From assembly GCA_031360325.1 (NCBI GenBank), contig JANMBI010000014.1, positions 1 to 59,186 of the forward strand: a DNA stretch of 59,186 nt, given 5' to 3'. Under the pieces are notes generated by a model. The model saw nothing but the letters and a program-made list of their open reading frames with translations. It was not told the origin of the DNA and made no database searches. Numbering within the stretch: position 1 is the stretch's first letter; every line of letters starts with the position of its first letter. This DNA comes from Frigoribacterium sp. (GTDB lineage: Bacteria > Actinomycetota > Actinomycetes > Actinomycetales > Microbacteriaceae). Positions 29,340-37,638 of the stretch are shown piece by piece. The position numbers were made by a program, and so were the translations under genes.

Positions 29340-30050
29340 CTACCCCGCCCGCCCGCGCCGTCCGGGCGGCAACAGTCCACGGTTGCGGGCCTTCGCAACC
29401 CAACCCTGTGCGGTGGTGAGGGCGACGCCGTTGATCTTCGCGATAGTGGCGCTGGGGTTCTTGTCGCCCTGCTGCGTGAGGCGTCCGTGCTGGAGTGCGA
29501 CGCGTTCGTAGAAATCGGTGTCCTGCTTGGCGGTGCCTCCGAGAGGTTTGAGCAGCTCGCGCTCGACGAGCCTCCTTCCGCTCGGGAGAATGATCTTGCC
29601 GCCGGTGATGGTGCTCTCACGCCTCATGGCGAACAGACGCTTGTTGATCGCAGCCTCGATCTGAGCCGTCGGCAACTCGCGCAGCAGCTTGCTGGTGATG
29701 GGGTCACCCGGGTGCCAGGGCAAGTAGACCACGCCGGTGATCCGCACTTCCTCTGGCACGGCGTAGGCCTGGCGTTGCAGTCGGATGAAGACGCGCGTGT
29801 GTGTCTCTGTGTGCTCGAGGTAGCGCCAGCGGCCGTCAACGATCTCGTTCTGCGCGGATTCGGGCTGGGCGATGCCGGAGCCCGTGGCGGCCCAGTCGTC
29901 ATATCCCAGAATCTCGTCGATCTGAGCGCTGGCGTCGTCGCTGCGCTCGCCGGCGAACCGCGTGGGCAGGTGCCAGCCGTCCGGTAGGTCCTCCGGTCGG
30001 ATCAGGCCGTCTTCGCTCTGATTCGCGTACGGCGGGTTGGAGTTGCTCAC
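29340..30050 (-). CDS. Putative element regulator with C-terminal HTH (DUF6214-like)
   Basis: 236 aa paralog of 4568-5278; divergent from xis-int. Confidence 0.75.
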   Translation of the reverse strand: MSNSNPPYANQSEDGLIRPEDLPDGWHLPTRFAGERSDDASAQIDEILGYDDWAATGSGIAQPESAQNEIVDGRWRYLEHTETHTRVFIRLQRQAYAVPEEVRITGVVYLPWHPGDPITSKLLRELPTAQIEAAINKRLFAMRRESTITGGKIILPSGRRLVERELLKPLGGTAKQDTDFYERVALQHGRLTQQGDKNPSATIAKINGVALTTAQGWVAKARNRGLLPPGRRGRAG

Positions 30051-30095
30051 GCTCGAATTATATGGGGAAAGTAGCCATGGGCGTGCTCTTGCAAT

Positions 30096-30125
30096 TACAC
30101 GCGATTTGTGTTCTAATCGCGTGTA
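30096..30125. promoter_or_regulatory. Perfect 11-bp inverted repeat (candidate operator)
   Basis: tacacgcgatt-N8-aatcgcgtgta between the regulator and xis. Confidence 0.6.
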
Positions 30126-30162
30126 GCGGCTTATACATGCGTTGAATGGGAGTAGATGCGCT

Positions 30163-30375
30163 ATGGACGATCAGAAGGTGAATGATCCCGCTCGGCAAGA
30201 GCGGTTGTTCTTTACAGAGGCGGAGGCCGCGGCGGCACTGCGGGTGCACCCCTCCACGCTGGGGCGGCTCGTGAAGGCGGGGCGTTCGCCTGTGGAGCCC
30301 GTGTCCGCTGGCAGTCGCCGCCTCTATCCCGCGGCAGCGATCGAGGCGCTCGCTCACCCCAGGAGCAGCAGGTGA
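30163..30375 (+). CDS. Excisionase-like HTH protein
   Basis: LFFTEAEAAAALRVHPSTLGRL; GTGA overlap with int. Confidence 0.75.
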   Translation: MDDQKVNDPARQERLFFTEAEAAAALRVHPSTLGRLVKAGRSPVEPVSAGSRRLYPAAAIEALAHPRSSR

Positions 30376-31505
30376 TCGAGCGGCGGACCCTGAAGGAAGG
30401 CTCGGTGCGTTGGAAGGCGCGCATCAAGAGCGGTGGCGAGGTCGTCGCCCAGCAAACGTTTCGGTTCAAGGGCGACGCCGAGACCTGGGAGCGTGAACAA
30501 ATTCGCGCCCTCCAACTCGGTACGTTCCTCCCGCCGAAGAAGGCAAGGACGCCATTGGGCGAGGTGGTTATCAAGTTCCTCGACGCGCGCACCTCCCAAG
30601 TCACCGCCCACTCGCAGCGCACCGACCGCGACAATCTTGCCGCACTGCCCCCGAAGCTCAGGGCGCGCCCCATCGGTTCGGTAAGCGAGGCGGACGTGCT
30701 GGGCTTCCTCACCGACCAGCTCAAGATCAAGGAGCGTTCCACGGTCGCCAGGCTTCGCACGTCGCTCAGCGCCCTGTTCACCTACGCGATGCGCGAGAAG
30801 TACATCGCGTCGCATCCCGTACGCGGCGTCGAGCTACCACCGGGTGCGAGCCAGAAGCCCGCCGACGAGTGGTTCACGGCCGAGAGCCTGGCCACAACCC
30901 TCGACGCTCAACGCGCCTCGTCCAAGCACTACGCCGCGATCACGGAGTGGACATCTCTGACGGGATTGCGCTGGTCTGAGACTCGTGCGCTGCGAGTGTC
31001 CGACCTCCAGGACGTGCCGTTCCCCGCAGCGTGGGTACGACGCGCGCAGTCGGAAGGCTATGACGAAAAGGCACCCAAGACCGTAAACGGCGAACGCGCC
31101 GTGCCGCTTACCGACGGGGCACGCGACATCGCACGCGAATCGGCAGCAGGCAAGCGGCCCGAACATTACCTCTTCACTAGCCCGGCCGGGCGACAGCTGA
31201 GCATGAACCTCTACCGGCACTTCACCAAGTGGTCGGTCACAGCACCGCGCAAGCGCCCGCATATGCTGCGCCACTACTGCGCCTCCCAGTGGCTGCGCGC
31301 GGGCATCCCGATCAATCAGGTCGCGGAGTGGCTGGGCGATGACCCGCGGACGGTGCTCAAGGTCTACGCGCACGTTTTGGGCGAGCGGCAAACGATCGAA
31401 GCGCTGCGCCGCCTCAACGAACTGGCATCGGGACCCTCACAGGACCCTCGGACCATTCCTGAGAGCTCGAACAGCACCAGTAAAGGGCTAATAGGCGACC
31501 AATAG
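30372..31505 (+). CDS. int: Tyrosine integrase
   Basis: TGLRWSE (R), PKT (K), HMLRH, WLGD (usually LGH), KVYAH (Y). Ends 28 bp from the tRNA 3' end. Confidence 0.92.
   Translation: MIERRTLKEGSVRWKARIKSGGEVVAQQTFRFKGDAETWEREQIRALQLGTFLPPKKARTPLGEVVIKFLDARTSQVTAHSQRTDRDNLAALPPKLRARPIGSVSEADVLGFLTDQLKIKERSTVARLRTSLSALFTYAMREKYIASHPVRGVELPPGASQKPADEWFTAESLATTLDAQRASSKHYAAITEWTSLTGLRWSETRALRVSDLQDVPFPAAWVRRAQSEGYDEKAPKTVNGERAVPLTDGARDIARESAAGKRPEHYLFTSPAGRQLSMNLYRHFTKWSVTAPRKRPHMLRHYCASQWLRAGIPINQVAEWLGDDPRTVLKVYAHVLGERQTIEALRRLNELASGPSQDPRTIPESSNSTSKGLIGDQ
31431..31449. repeat. Integrase arm-type direct repeat, right end
   Basis: ggaccctc twice at an 11-bp period. Confidence 0.65.
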
Positions 31506-31533
31506 AAGTCGCTGCTGATCGGGGATTTCTTTG

Positions 31534-31624
31534 CGGAGCCGGTGGGATTTGAACCCACGGAGGAGTGTAAACCCCTCTCCACCTTAGCAGGGTGGTGCAC
31601 TAGGCCGAACTATGCGACAGCTCC
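31534..31624 (-). tRNA. tRNA-Ser(GCT)
   Basis: GGAGCTG/CGGCTCC acceptor stem, CCACC-CTGCTAA-GGTGG anticodon arm, long variable arm, GTGGG-TTCAAAT-CCCAC T arm. CCA not encoded. Confidence 0.95.
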
Positions 31625-31832
31625 ATGTAGTCGTCTGCAATCATAGCGGCACACTTGCGCCTGTCCATTCGACCCCTGAACTGGGGAGCGCCTCACCCCC
31701 GGACTGGGGAGCCCCATCGGGCGTCGGGCCCGGCGGCACCGACCTAGAGTGATGTCCAGCGCTCGATCGCGGGTCACCCGATTGCCGACGACCATGCACG
31801 GTGCGCATCACGATTACCTGAGGGGGACCACC

Positions 31833-31955
31833 ATGCCCCCCGAGTCCCTTGCTTCTGCCGGACCGGCCATCGGCATCCTGATCATGGCGCTCGGAGTCAT
31901 TCTCCTCGTGCTGGCCGTCTTCTTCCTCCGCTTCATCGGTCGCGGTCCGAAATAG
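31833..31955 (+). CDS. 40-aa single-pass membrane protein
   Basis: agggg RBS, hydrophobic IGILIMALGVILLVLAVFFL, basic tail. Confidence 0.5.
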   Translation: MPPESLASAGPAIGILIMALGVILLVLAVFFLRFIGRGPK

Positions 31956-32605
31956 CGGTATCGATTCACGGAGGCTTGGCAATGTCGAGCGGCCGACGAA
32001 ACCCGCCCGGTGTCGGCGCCGGCGATCCGTTCAGGACCGATGCGGGCCACTCCGACGCAACCCCGCGACGATCACCGGGGCGAGTTGCCTGGCCCACCGC
32101 AGATAGGTGGATGAGTCGTAGAGCCGATCCTCGTCGGAAGGCGGCCCGATCTCGAAGCTGATCACCGTAACATCCGGCTCCGATTCGATGACGCGGCTGG
32201 ACTCACGATTGAGGGCGCGGGCCCAGGCCCTGCGAGCCGGAATCCGGCGGAACAGAGGAGACTGCGGAGGATCCGCAATCGCGATAAGGACAATCTGAGT
32301 TCCTCTCGATATCCGCGACTTCAGAAATGTAAGAGTTCGCAGAGCCGCGTGTGCCAGACCGCGGGCGGGCACAGCATGGGCTGGCTCCCTCTGGCAGTTG
32401 AATAGGGCTTCCTTGCCCTGCGAAGGCAGCTAACGGAGTAACCGGCTTAGTTCAGACAACGATCTACCGGCGAGGGTCCCTCGGACCGGGCCACCCGTTC
32501 CCGCTCGCACCGGCCAGACCTCGACTGCACTCGAGGCTCGGAGCCGGAAAGCTCGCAGTTTCCGAACCTCACTGGAGGTCATGCCCACGGCATCACCGGG
32601 CGACG

Positions 32606-33202
32606 TTGCCCCAGCCGCCCCACACGGTCCTGATCTCCGGCACCCCATCGGGCATCGGGGTGGCATCCGCCATCGCCGCAACTCGCGCCGGCGTGACGAC
32701 GATCGCGACCATGCGCGATCGCTCCCGGGCGGGGCCCTGGGTGCTTCCGCGGCGGGGGCATCCGTCGCGTTGGATGTCCTGGCCCATCGACGTGACGGAT
32801 TCCCCGGCGGTAGACCGGCCGATCGGCGCGTGCGTCGAGCAGTGCGGTCGGCTCGAGGCGGTGGTCGACAACGTGGGGAGCGCGTCGGTTGGCACGGCCG
32901 AGTCGATGGCACTTGATGGTTTCCGCTCGGCCATGGAGGTCAATTCCTTCGGCGTGGTCCGGGTCACCCGGGCGGCAATGCCGGGGTCGGCCCACGACGA
33001 TGATCGCCGGGGCCGGCCCGTACGCGGCGACTCTCACCGCGGATCTGCGGCGCACCATGAGCCGGTTCTCCGGTTCGAGCCCACAGTCGCCGGAGAATGG
33101 CGCCCGGTTCGTCATCGACATCCTCGACTCCCCCGACGGGCAGCTCGGAACGGACCCCGCGGAACAAAGCGGTCCGGCCGAGGTGGTGGCGGACGTCGCT
33201 AG
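32606..33202 (+). pseudogene. Degraded short-chain dehydrogenase (SDR)
   Basis: VLISGTPSGIG, ATMRD, DVTD, VVDNVG, MEVNSFGVVRVTRA; the YxxxK region is lost. Confidence 0.7.
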
Positions 33203-33483
33203 GTCGTCGCGGGGACCGCGCGATCAGCGCCGCTCGACAGCACGCCCGCGAGAGCGACCGCCGCGCCGATGGCCCTCCTCCTGCCGGAGAACGTGATCTG
33301 TCCGTTCGCAATCACCGCTCGCAACGGTGCGTCGGGTCGTGGTTGATCGGCCACGCGATCGGTATGAAACGGTAGAGAAGTCGCCATCAGCGTCGCCTCA
33401 TGTTTCGCCGAGCGCGTCCGGTCGAGGCATCTCGGCCGTCTGGGAGGTTGCTGCCCCTCAGCCGTGAGGAATACGGTAGCGAG

Positions 33484-34563
33484 GTGGTGGTTCACCGCTT
33501 GACCAAGCACCAGGCTCGTCGGATCGCCGTGCGCGCAGCGTTGCTGGATGCCGATCGGCCCGACGACCTCGTCGACATGGTCGGTCGACTCGCCATGGTG
33601 AGGGTCGAGCTCACCTCAACCGTGGTCCCGGCCGCCGATCACGCCTGCTGGTCACGCCTCGGCCCGTCGTACCGGCCGGAGGACATCGAACGCGCGCTCG
33701 GCCAGGGCCTGCTCTTCGAACGCGGGTGGATGCTTCGACCGATGTCTGACCTCGGACTGTACCTCGCGGGCATGCGCACCTGGGCCGACCGCACGAACGC
33801 GCGAGGGTGGATGGACGACAACGCGGACTTCGCGCGAAGCATCCTCGAGCGCATCGCCGACGAGGGGCCCAAGACCTCTCGGGACATCCCCGATGAGGCT
33901 GTCGCGCCGTGGGCCTCGACCGGCTGGACGAACAATCGCAACGTGACCCAGATGCTCGAATGCCTGCACATGTCGGGCGAGCTCGCGGTCGTTGGTCGGG
34001 CCGGGCGGTTACGCATCTGGGAACTCGCCGAGCGGGTCTTCCCACGGATGCTCGAGGTACCGGCCGCCGAAGCGCGCCGCATCCGCAGCGAGCGGTTGCT
34101 GGCGGCCTGTGGCGTCATGCGCGACAGCATCGCAGTCTCACCGAGTGAGTTGCACGGGATCGTTCCCGTGGGCGAGCCGGCCACGATCGAGGGGGTGTCG
34201 GGTGAGTGGCGCGTCGATCCCACTCGGCTCGGCCAGGAGTTCGAGGGACGCACGGCGGTGATCTCCCCCTTCGACCGGCTGATGACCGACCGCCAACGCG
34301 TCGCCAAGTTGTTCGAATTCGACTACACGCTGGAGATGTATCAGCCCGCCCGTACCCGCGTGTGGGGGAAGTTCGCGCTGCCCATCCTGCACGGCGACCG
34401 CCTGATCGGTAAGGTCGATGCCCGATCGGACCGGGATTCCGGATGCTTCGTCATACACGCGGTTCACGAAGACACACCCTTCGACCGCCCGACCCGCGCG
34501 GCCGTCGACGAGGAGCTCGAGGTGTGTGCGGCGTGGCTGAGGTTGCGGGTCGTTCGCAGCTGA
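33484..34563 (+). CDS. YcaQ/AlkZ-like winged-helix DNA glycosylase (HTH_42)
   Basis: ARRIAVRAALL, ISPFDRL, FDYTLEMY, WGKFALPILHGDRLIGKVD. Start approximate. Confidence 0.85.
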   Translation: MVVHRLTKHQARRIAVRAALLDADRPDDLVDMVGRLAMVRVELTSTVVPAADHACWSRLGPSYRPEDIERALGQGLLFERGWMLRPMSDLGLYLAGMRTWADRTNARGWMDDNADFARSILERIADEGPKTSRDIPDEAVAPWASTGWTNNRNVTQMLECLHMSGELAVVGRAGRLRIWELAERVFPRMLEVPAAEARRIRSERLLAACGVMRDSIAVSPSELHGIVPVGEPATIEGVSGEWRVDPTRLGQEFEGRTAVISPFDRLMTDRQRVAKLFEFDYTLEMYQPARTRVWGKFALPILHGDRLIGKVDARSDRDSGCFVIHAVHEDTPFDRPTRAAVDEELEVCAAWLRLRVVRS

Positions 34564-34646
34564 GTCGTGCGGTCGCCGCCCGCCACCTCCCCGCCCCGCC
34601 CCGCCTCCCTCCTCCCTTCCTCCTCCCTCCCTCCTGCCACCCCCTC

Positions 34647-34698
34647 CCGTTTTTCTCACCAGCACCGTGCTTGAAGTCAACGGTGCTCGCAAAAACGG
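34647..34698. repeat. REP-like hairpin
   Basis: Outer stem ccgttttt/aaaaacgg and inner stem agcaccgt/acggtgct. Confidence 0.5.
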
Positions 34699-34773
34699 TG
34701 GGTGGTTGGCGGATTCACACTCCGGTGCGAAAGTAATACCCGCCCTCGAGATCCTCGAGCAGACCAGCGACGC

Positions 34774-34893
34774 GGCCGCACCCTCGCGGGCGCCCACTCC
34801 CGCGCCGCCCGACTACTCGCCCTCGCCGCCGCAATCCGGCACAACCGGATCATCGGCGAGCCAACCAAACGATCCCTCATCGTCTACGACCAC
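34774..34893 (+). pseudogene. IS982-family transposase C-terminal remnant
   Basis: GRTLAG...RLLALAAAIRHNRIIGEPTKRSLIVYDH resembles the actinobacterial IS982 C-terminus (from recall). Confidence 0.6.
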
Positions 34894-34930
34894 CGGAACC
34901 CAATCGGACTAACACGGCCGGTGAAGCTAG

Positions 34931-35066
34931 TGTGGAGGGCTAGGGATTCGAACCCTCCCTTTGGCTCGGTGTTACGGTTGAAATCCCCGCAAATAAAGGG
35001 ATCGGCTGGCATCGTGATCACGTTGTCTTGCCCACATGTCGGTGAGTTGTGGGCAGACTGTGGGCA
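34931..35066. repeat. Degenerate att end (tRNA-Ser(TGA)-like 3' fragment plus TGTGGGCA arm sites), copy 1
   Basis: tgtggagggctagggattcgaaccct; tgtgggca at 35048 and 35059. Homologous to 43167-43290. Confidence 0.6.
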
Positions 35067-35107
35067 CGTGCTAGCTCCCTTATCGCCTGCGACTTTGTCG
35101 CGGTGCC

Positions 35108-35722
35108 TTACTTGACGCCAGAACCTAAGCTGTTGGCAGATGTTGAAGGGGCAACCGCGATTCCCAGTCGCATCCAGTCTTCGATCGAAGGTGCGTGTTC
35201 GACTTCGACTAGATCGGGGTAGGCCGGCGGTCCAGCCAGGACAGAGTCGACGTAGCTGACAAACCCGTCCGTCCAAGATTGCTGCCTGAACGCCTGCCAC
35301 GCCTTTCTTGCAGTCGGCTTCTGTGACCAATAAGCAAGTTCCTGTGCCAGGCCCTTCCAGTCGCGCTCGTCGAAGAGTCCATCTCTGTGTGCACCGAAGG
35401 CGTCGCTGTAGAGAACGAAAAACGGGATGAGGACGTGACGGACTTCATGAGGGACGCCATCTTCCAAATGTCCTAAAACTTCTCGCAACCCCGCGTACAT
35501 CGGATCGAGGCGAGATTGAAGTGAGTCATCAATTGCTCGGGCGGCATGCCGTGTAGTGGCTTGAGCCACTCTCTGCGACTGGCGCAAGCTGACCATTGCG
35601 ACCATGAGCGCGGCTATTGCGGCAAACGCCGACATCGCCGCAGAGATAGCTCCCCAAGCTGTTTCCGACACAGTTTCCCCCGAAACTTCGTGACAACGGC
35701 GATATACCGCTGGCTGACGCAA
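35108..35722 (-). CDS. Hypothetical protein with N-terminal TM helix
   Basis: WGAISAAMSAFAAIAALMVAMVSL followed by a helical domain. True start probably the GTG near 35672. Confidence 0.6.
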   Translation of the reverse strand: MRQPAVYRRCHEVSGETVSETAWGAISAAMSAFAAIAALMVAMVSLRQSQRVAQATTRHAARAIDDSLQSRLDPMYAGLREVLGHLEDGVPHEVRHVLIPFFVLYSDAFGAHRDGLFDERDWKGLAQELAYWSQKPTARKAWQAFRQQSWTDGFVSYVDSVLAGPPAYPDLVEVEHAPSIEDWMRLGIAVAPSTSANSLGSGVK

Positions 35723-35799
35723 TCCTAAAGCAGAGGAATGGTCGGAACGGACGGAACGCAGAACTCTTGACCGCCGCGCTCAATGCTGACGCAGGCGAG

Positions 35800-36309
35800 C
35801 TACACGCCAAACACGTAGTTAGTTCCGTGGATGCCGGTAAAGGCGCCCAATTCGGTAAGCCCATGGTCGACGTAAAATCTGCGCGCTGCAACAGATCCTT
35901 CGATTACGGCCAACATGGGGCTGAGGCGCGCGGATCGTGCGTATGTCAACGCTGCTTCGAAAAGCAGCCCACCCACACCGGATCGTTGCGATGTAGGGCC
36001 AACAAAAAACTGTGTGATCTCACAAAAAACCCGAGGGTTGATTACCTCCGACGGAGAGGAGTCCAGAAACGACCGCAAGTAGTCGTGCAGCGGACAAATA
36101 GCAATGTGTCCGACAACCGCTCCGTTTCGCATGGCGACCCATCGTTCGATCTCAGGACCTTGCTCGAACCAACTTTCAATTTGACCCCTACTTAGCTTTC
36201 CCCCAACTCTGGGCGGGTAGGAATCGTCAACAAGCTGCAGCTCCTCCACGAGGCCAACTAAATCGTAGAGATGTTCGGACTCAGAATATGCAACCAGCTC
36301 TGTACTCAC
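35800..36309 (-). CDS. GNAT acetyltransferase
   Basis: FFVGPTSQRSGVGGLL acetyl-CoA motif; AARRFYVDHG. Confidence 0.8.
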   Translation of the reverse strand: MSTELVAYSESEHLYDLVGLVEELQLVDDSYPPRVGGKLSRGQIESWFEQGPEIERWVAMRNGAVVGHIAICPLHDYLRSFLDSSPSEVINPRVFCEITQFFVGPTSQRSGVGGLLFEAALTYARSARLSPMLAVIEGSVAARRFYVDHGLTELGAFTGIHGTNYVFGV

Positions 36310-36555
36310 TTGAACATTCTCATGGCTGATTAGCGTCTAAGCCCAATCCGCATCCCAACTTGTGCAATGCGGGCGCCGATAGTCCCAATGGGGCATGGAC
36401 CCCAGAACCGCAACTGGGACTGCTGTTTATCGACTGGTGCCCACCCAGAGCCGTGCTGTGTCGCCTACGCGGGAGCGCTCAACAGATCGTTCGCATGGTG
36501 CGTCAAATTGCTGATTAAAAACATGGGCCGATGTCGATTTCGATAGACCGCGGCG

Positions 36556-36687
36556 ATGGAGAGCCTGTATTCGAGTTTCTCCTACGTCACAGCCACCAAC
36601 GCTCCCCTCTACAGATCAGTCATGCTCGAATTTATGCGAGCGAAAGACCCCTTTTTGTTTTGCCCCTGTCCCACCGTCATACCTTAA
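36556..36687 (+). pseudogene. N-terminal remnant resembling Wadjet type II JetA (TIGR02677/DUF2397)
   Basis: MESLYSSFSYVTATNAPLYRSVMLEFMRAKDPF, then runs into the inverted-repeat element. Confidence 0.5.
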
Positions 36688-36776
36688 ATGTCCTGTCCCC
36701 TTACAGGTAGCTTGCGGAGTGTGAGGGGGTCAGGACGCGAGCTTGCTCGGGGATGACGGTGGGACAGGGGCAAAAC
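36657..36776. mobile_element. 120-bp MITE-like element with perfect 24-bp terminal inverted repeats
   Basis: gttttgcccctgtcccaccgtcat (36657-36680) is the exact reverse complement of 36753-36776. No clear target-site duplication. Confidence 0.6.
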
Positions 36777-36896
36777 TGCCCTTTGCTGTTCGATTGCCTA
36801 TTCGTTCTCGATGAAGAGTCCAGCGAAAACCCCGCTCGACCTGGGGAGTCGTCAATCTCATTTGTCACTTCGCCATGGTGGCTGCTCGATTGCCAG

Positions 36897-37172
36897 TCAT
36901 CGCAAATCCAGTGACTTACGAAGCGCCGCTTCGTCATTTCCGGCCAATTCCGCCGACCGAGCCACCAAGGGGTCAACCGCGACGCGGATGAGCGTGTTCT
37001 CGGTGACCCGCTCACCCCCTGCCTCCTTGGCTCGGCCGAGTCGCCGGGCGAGAAGCGTGAGCCCGTTCTGCTGCTCCTCGCGCAGCCGTGTCTCTTTGCG
37101 ATGATAGCTCAGGTAGAGCGGTTCCGAAGCCTGCACGACTCGCCGAGAAGGTCGTGCGGCCGGGCGGTTCAT
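36897..37172 (-). pseudogene. Fragment of a plasmid-type RHH protein (ParA-partner-like)
   Basis: RKETRLREEQ...GERVTENTLIRVAVD resembles actinobacterial plasmid proteins found next to parA (from recall). Confidence 0.4.
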
Positions 37173-37638
37173 GTTTTGCTCGCGCCAATGGGGAAGCCGA
37201 CGGAGGTGCTGGATCTGCCCGGGCTCAGCGACGAGCTATCTAAGCTGACCGTCGTTGAGTTCGATGCCTGGCTCGCAGGCCTCCACGGCGGAGCGCACAG
37301 CTGGACGTCGAGCGAGGATCAGAGCGAACGGGCGCAGCTCGCCGCAATGCGGGAAGTCGCGGTGCAACGGCTTGAGCGCGACAGGCTCCGGACTGTGTTG
37401 AAGGTCGAGCGGTCATCCGCGCTGTCCGCCGATGACATCGAGGCACTTAAGCGTTGGGACACGACCGAGGAACGTTTGGCGCAAACCGACCGCAGCATCG
37501 CCAAGCTCACCGCATTCCTATCCTCGGCTGGGTGGAAGCTTGCGCCTGATCTGCCCGCCCCGGAGGATGCAAGCGGAGAGTACGCAACAGGCCTCCCCGC
37601 CCGACGGCGGAAAGGCCCGTGGTGCTGCGTGAGCTTGT

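Larger units (their letters stand above)
6129..31592. mobile_element. ~25.5 kb integrative mobilizable element / defence island in tRNA-Ser(GCT)
   Basis: Flanking tRNA 3'-half repeats, intact integrase next to the tRNA, GGACCC arm repeats at both ends, MobF relaxase, no T4SS or coupling protein seen. Confidence 0.88.

Noticed and set aside
6129-31592. Prophage or self-transmissible ICE
   Set aside because: No virion, replication, VirB4/VirD4 or FtsK-type transfer genes were recognised.
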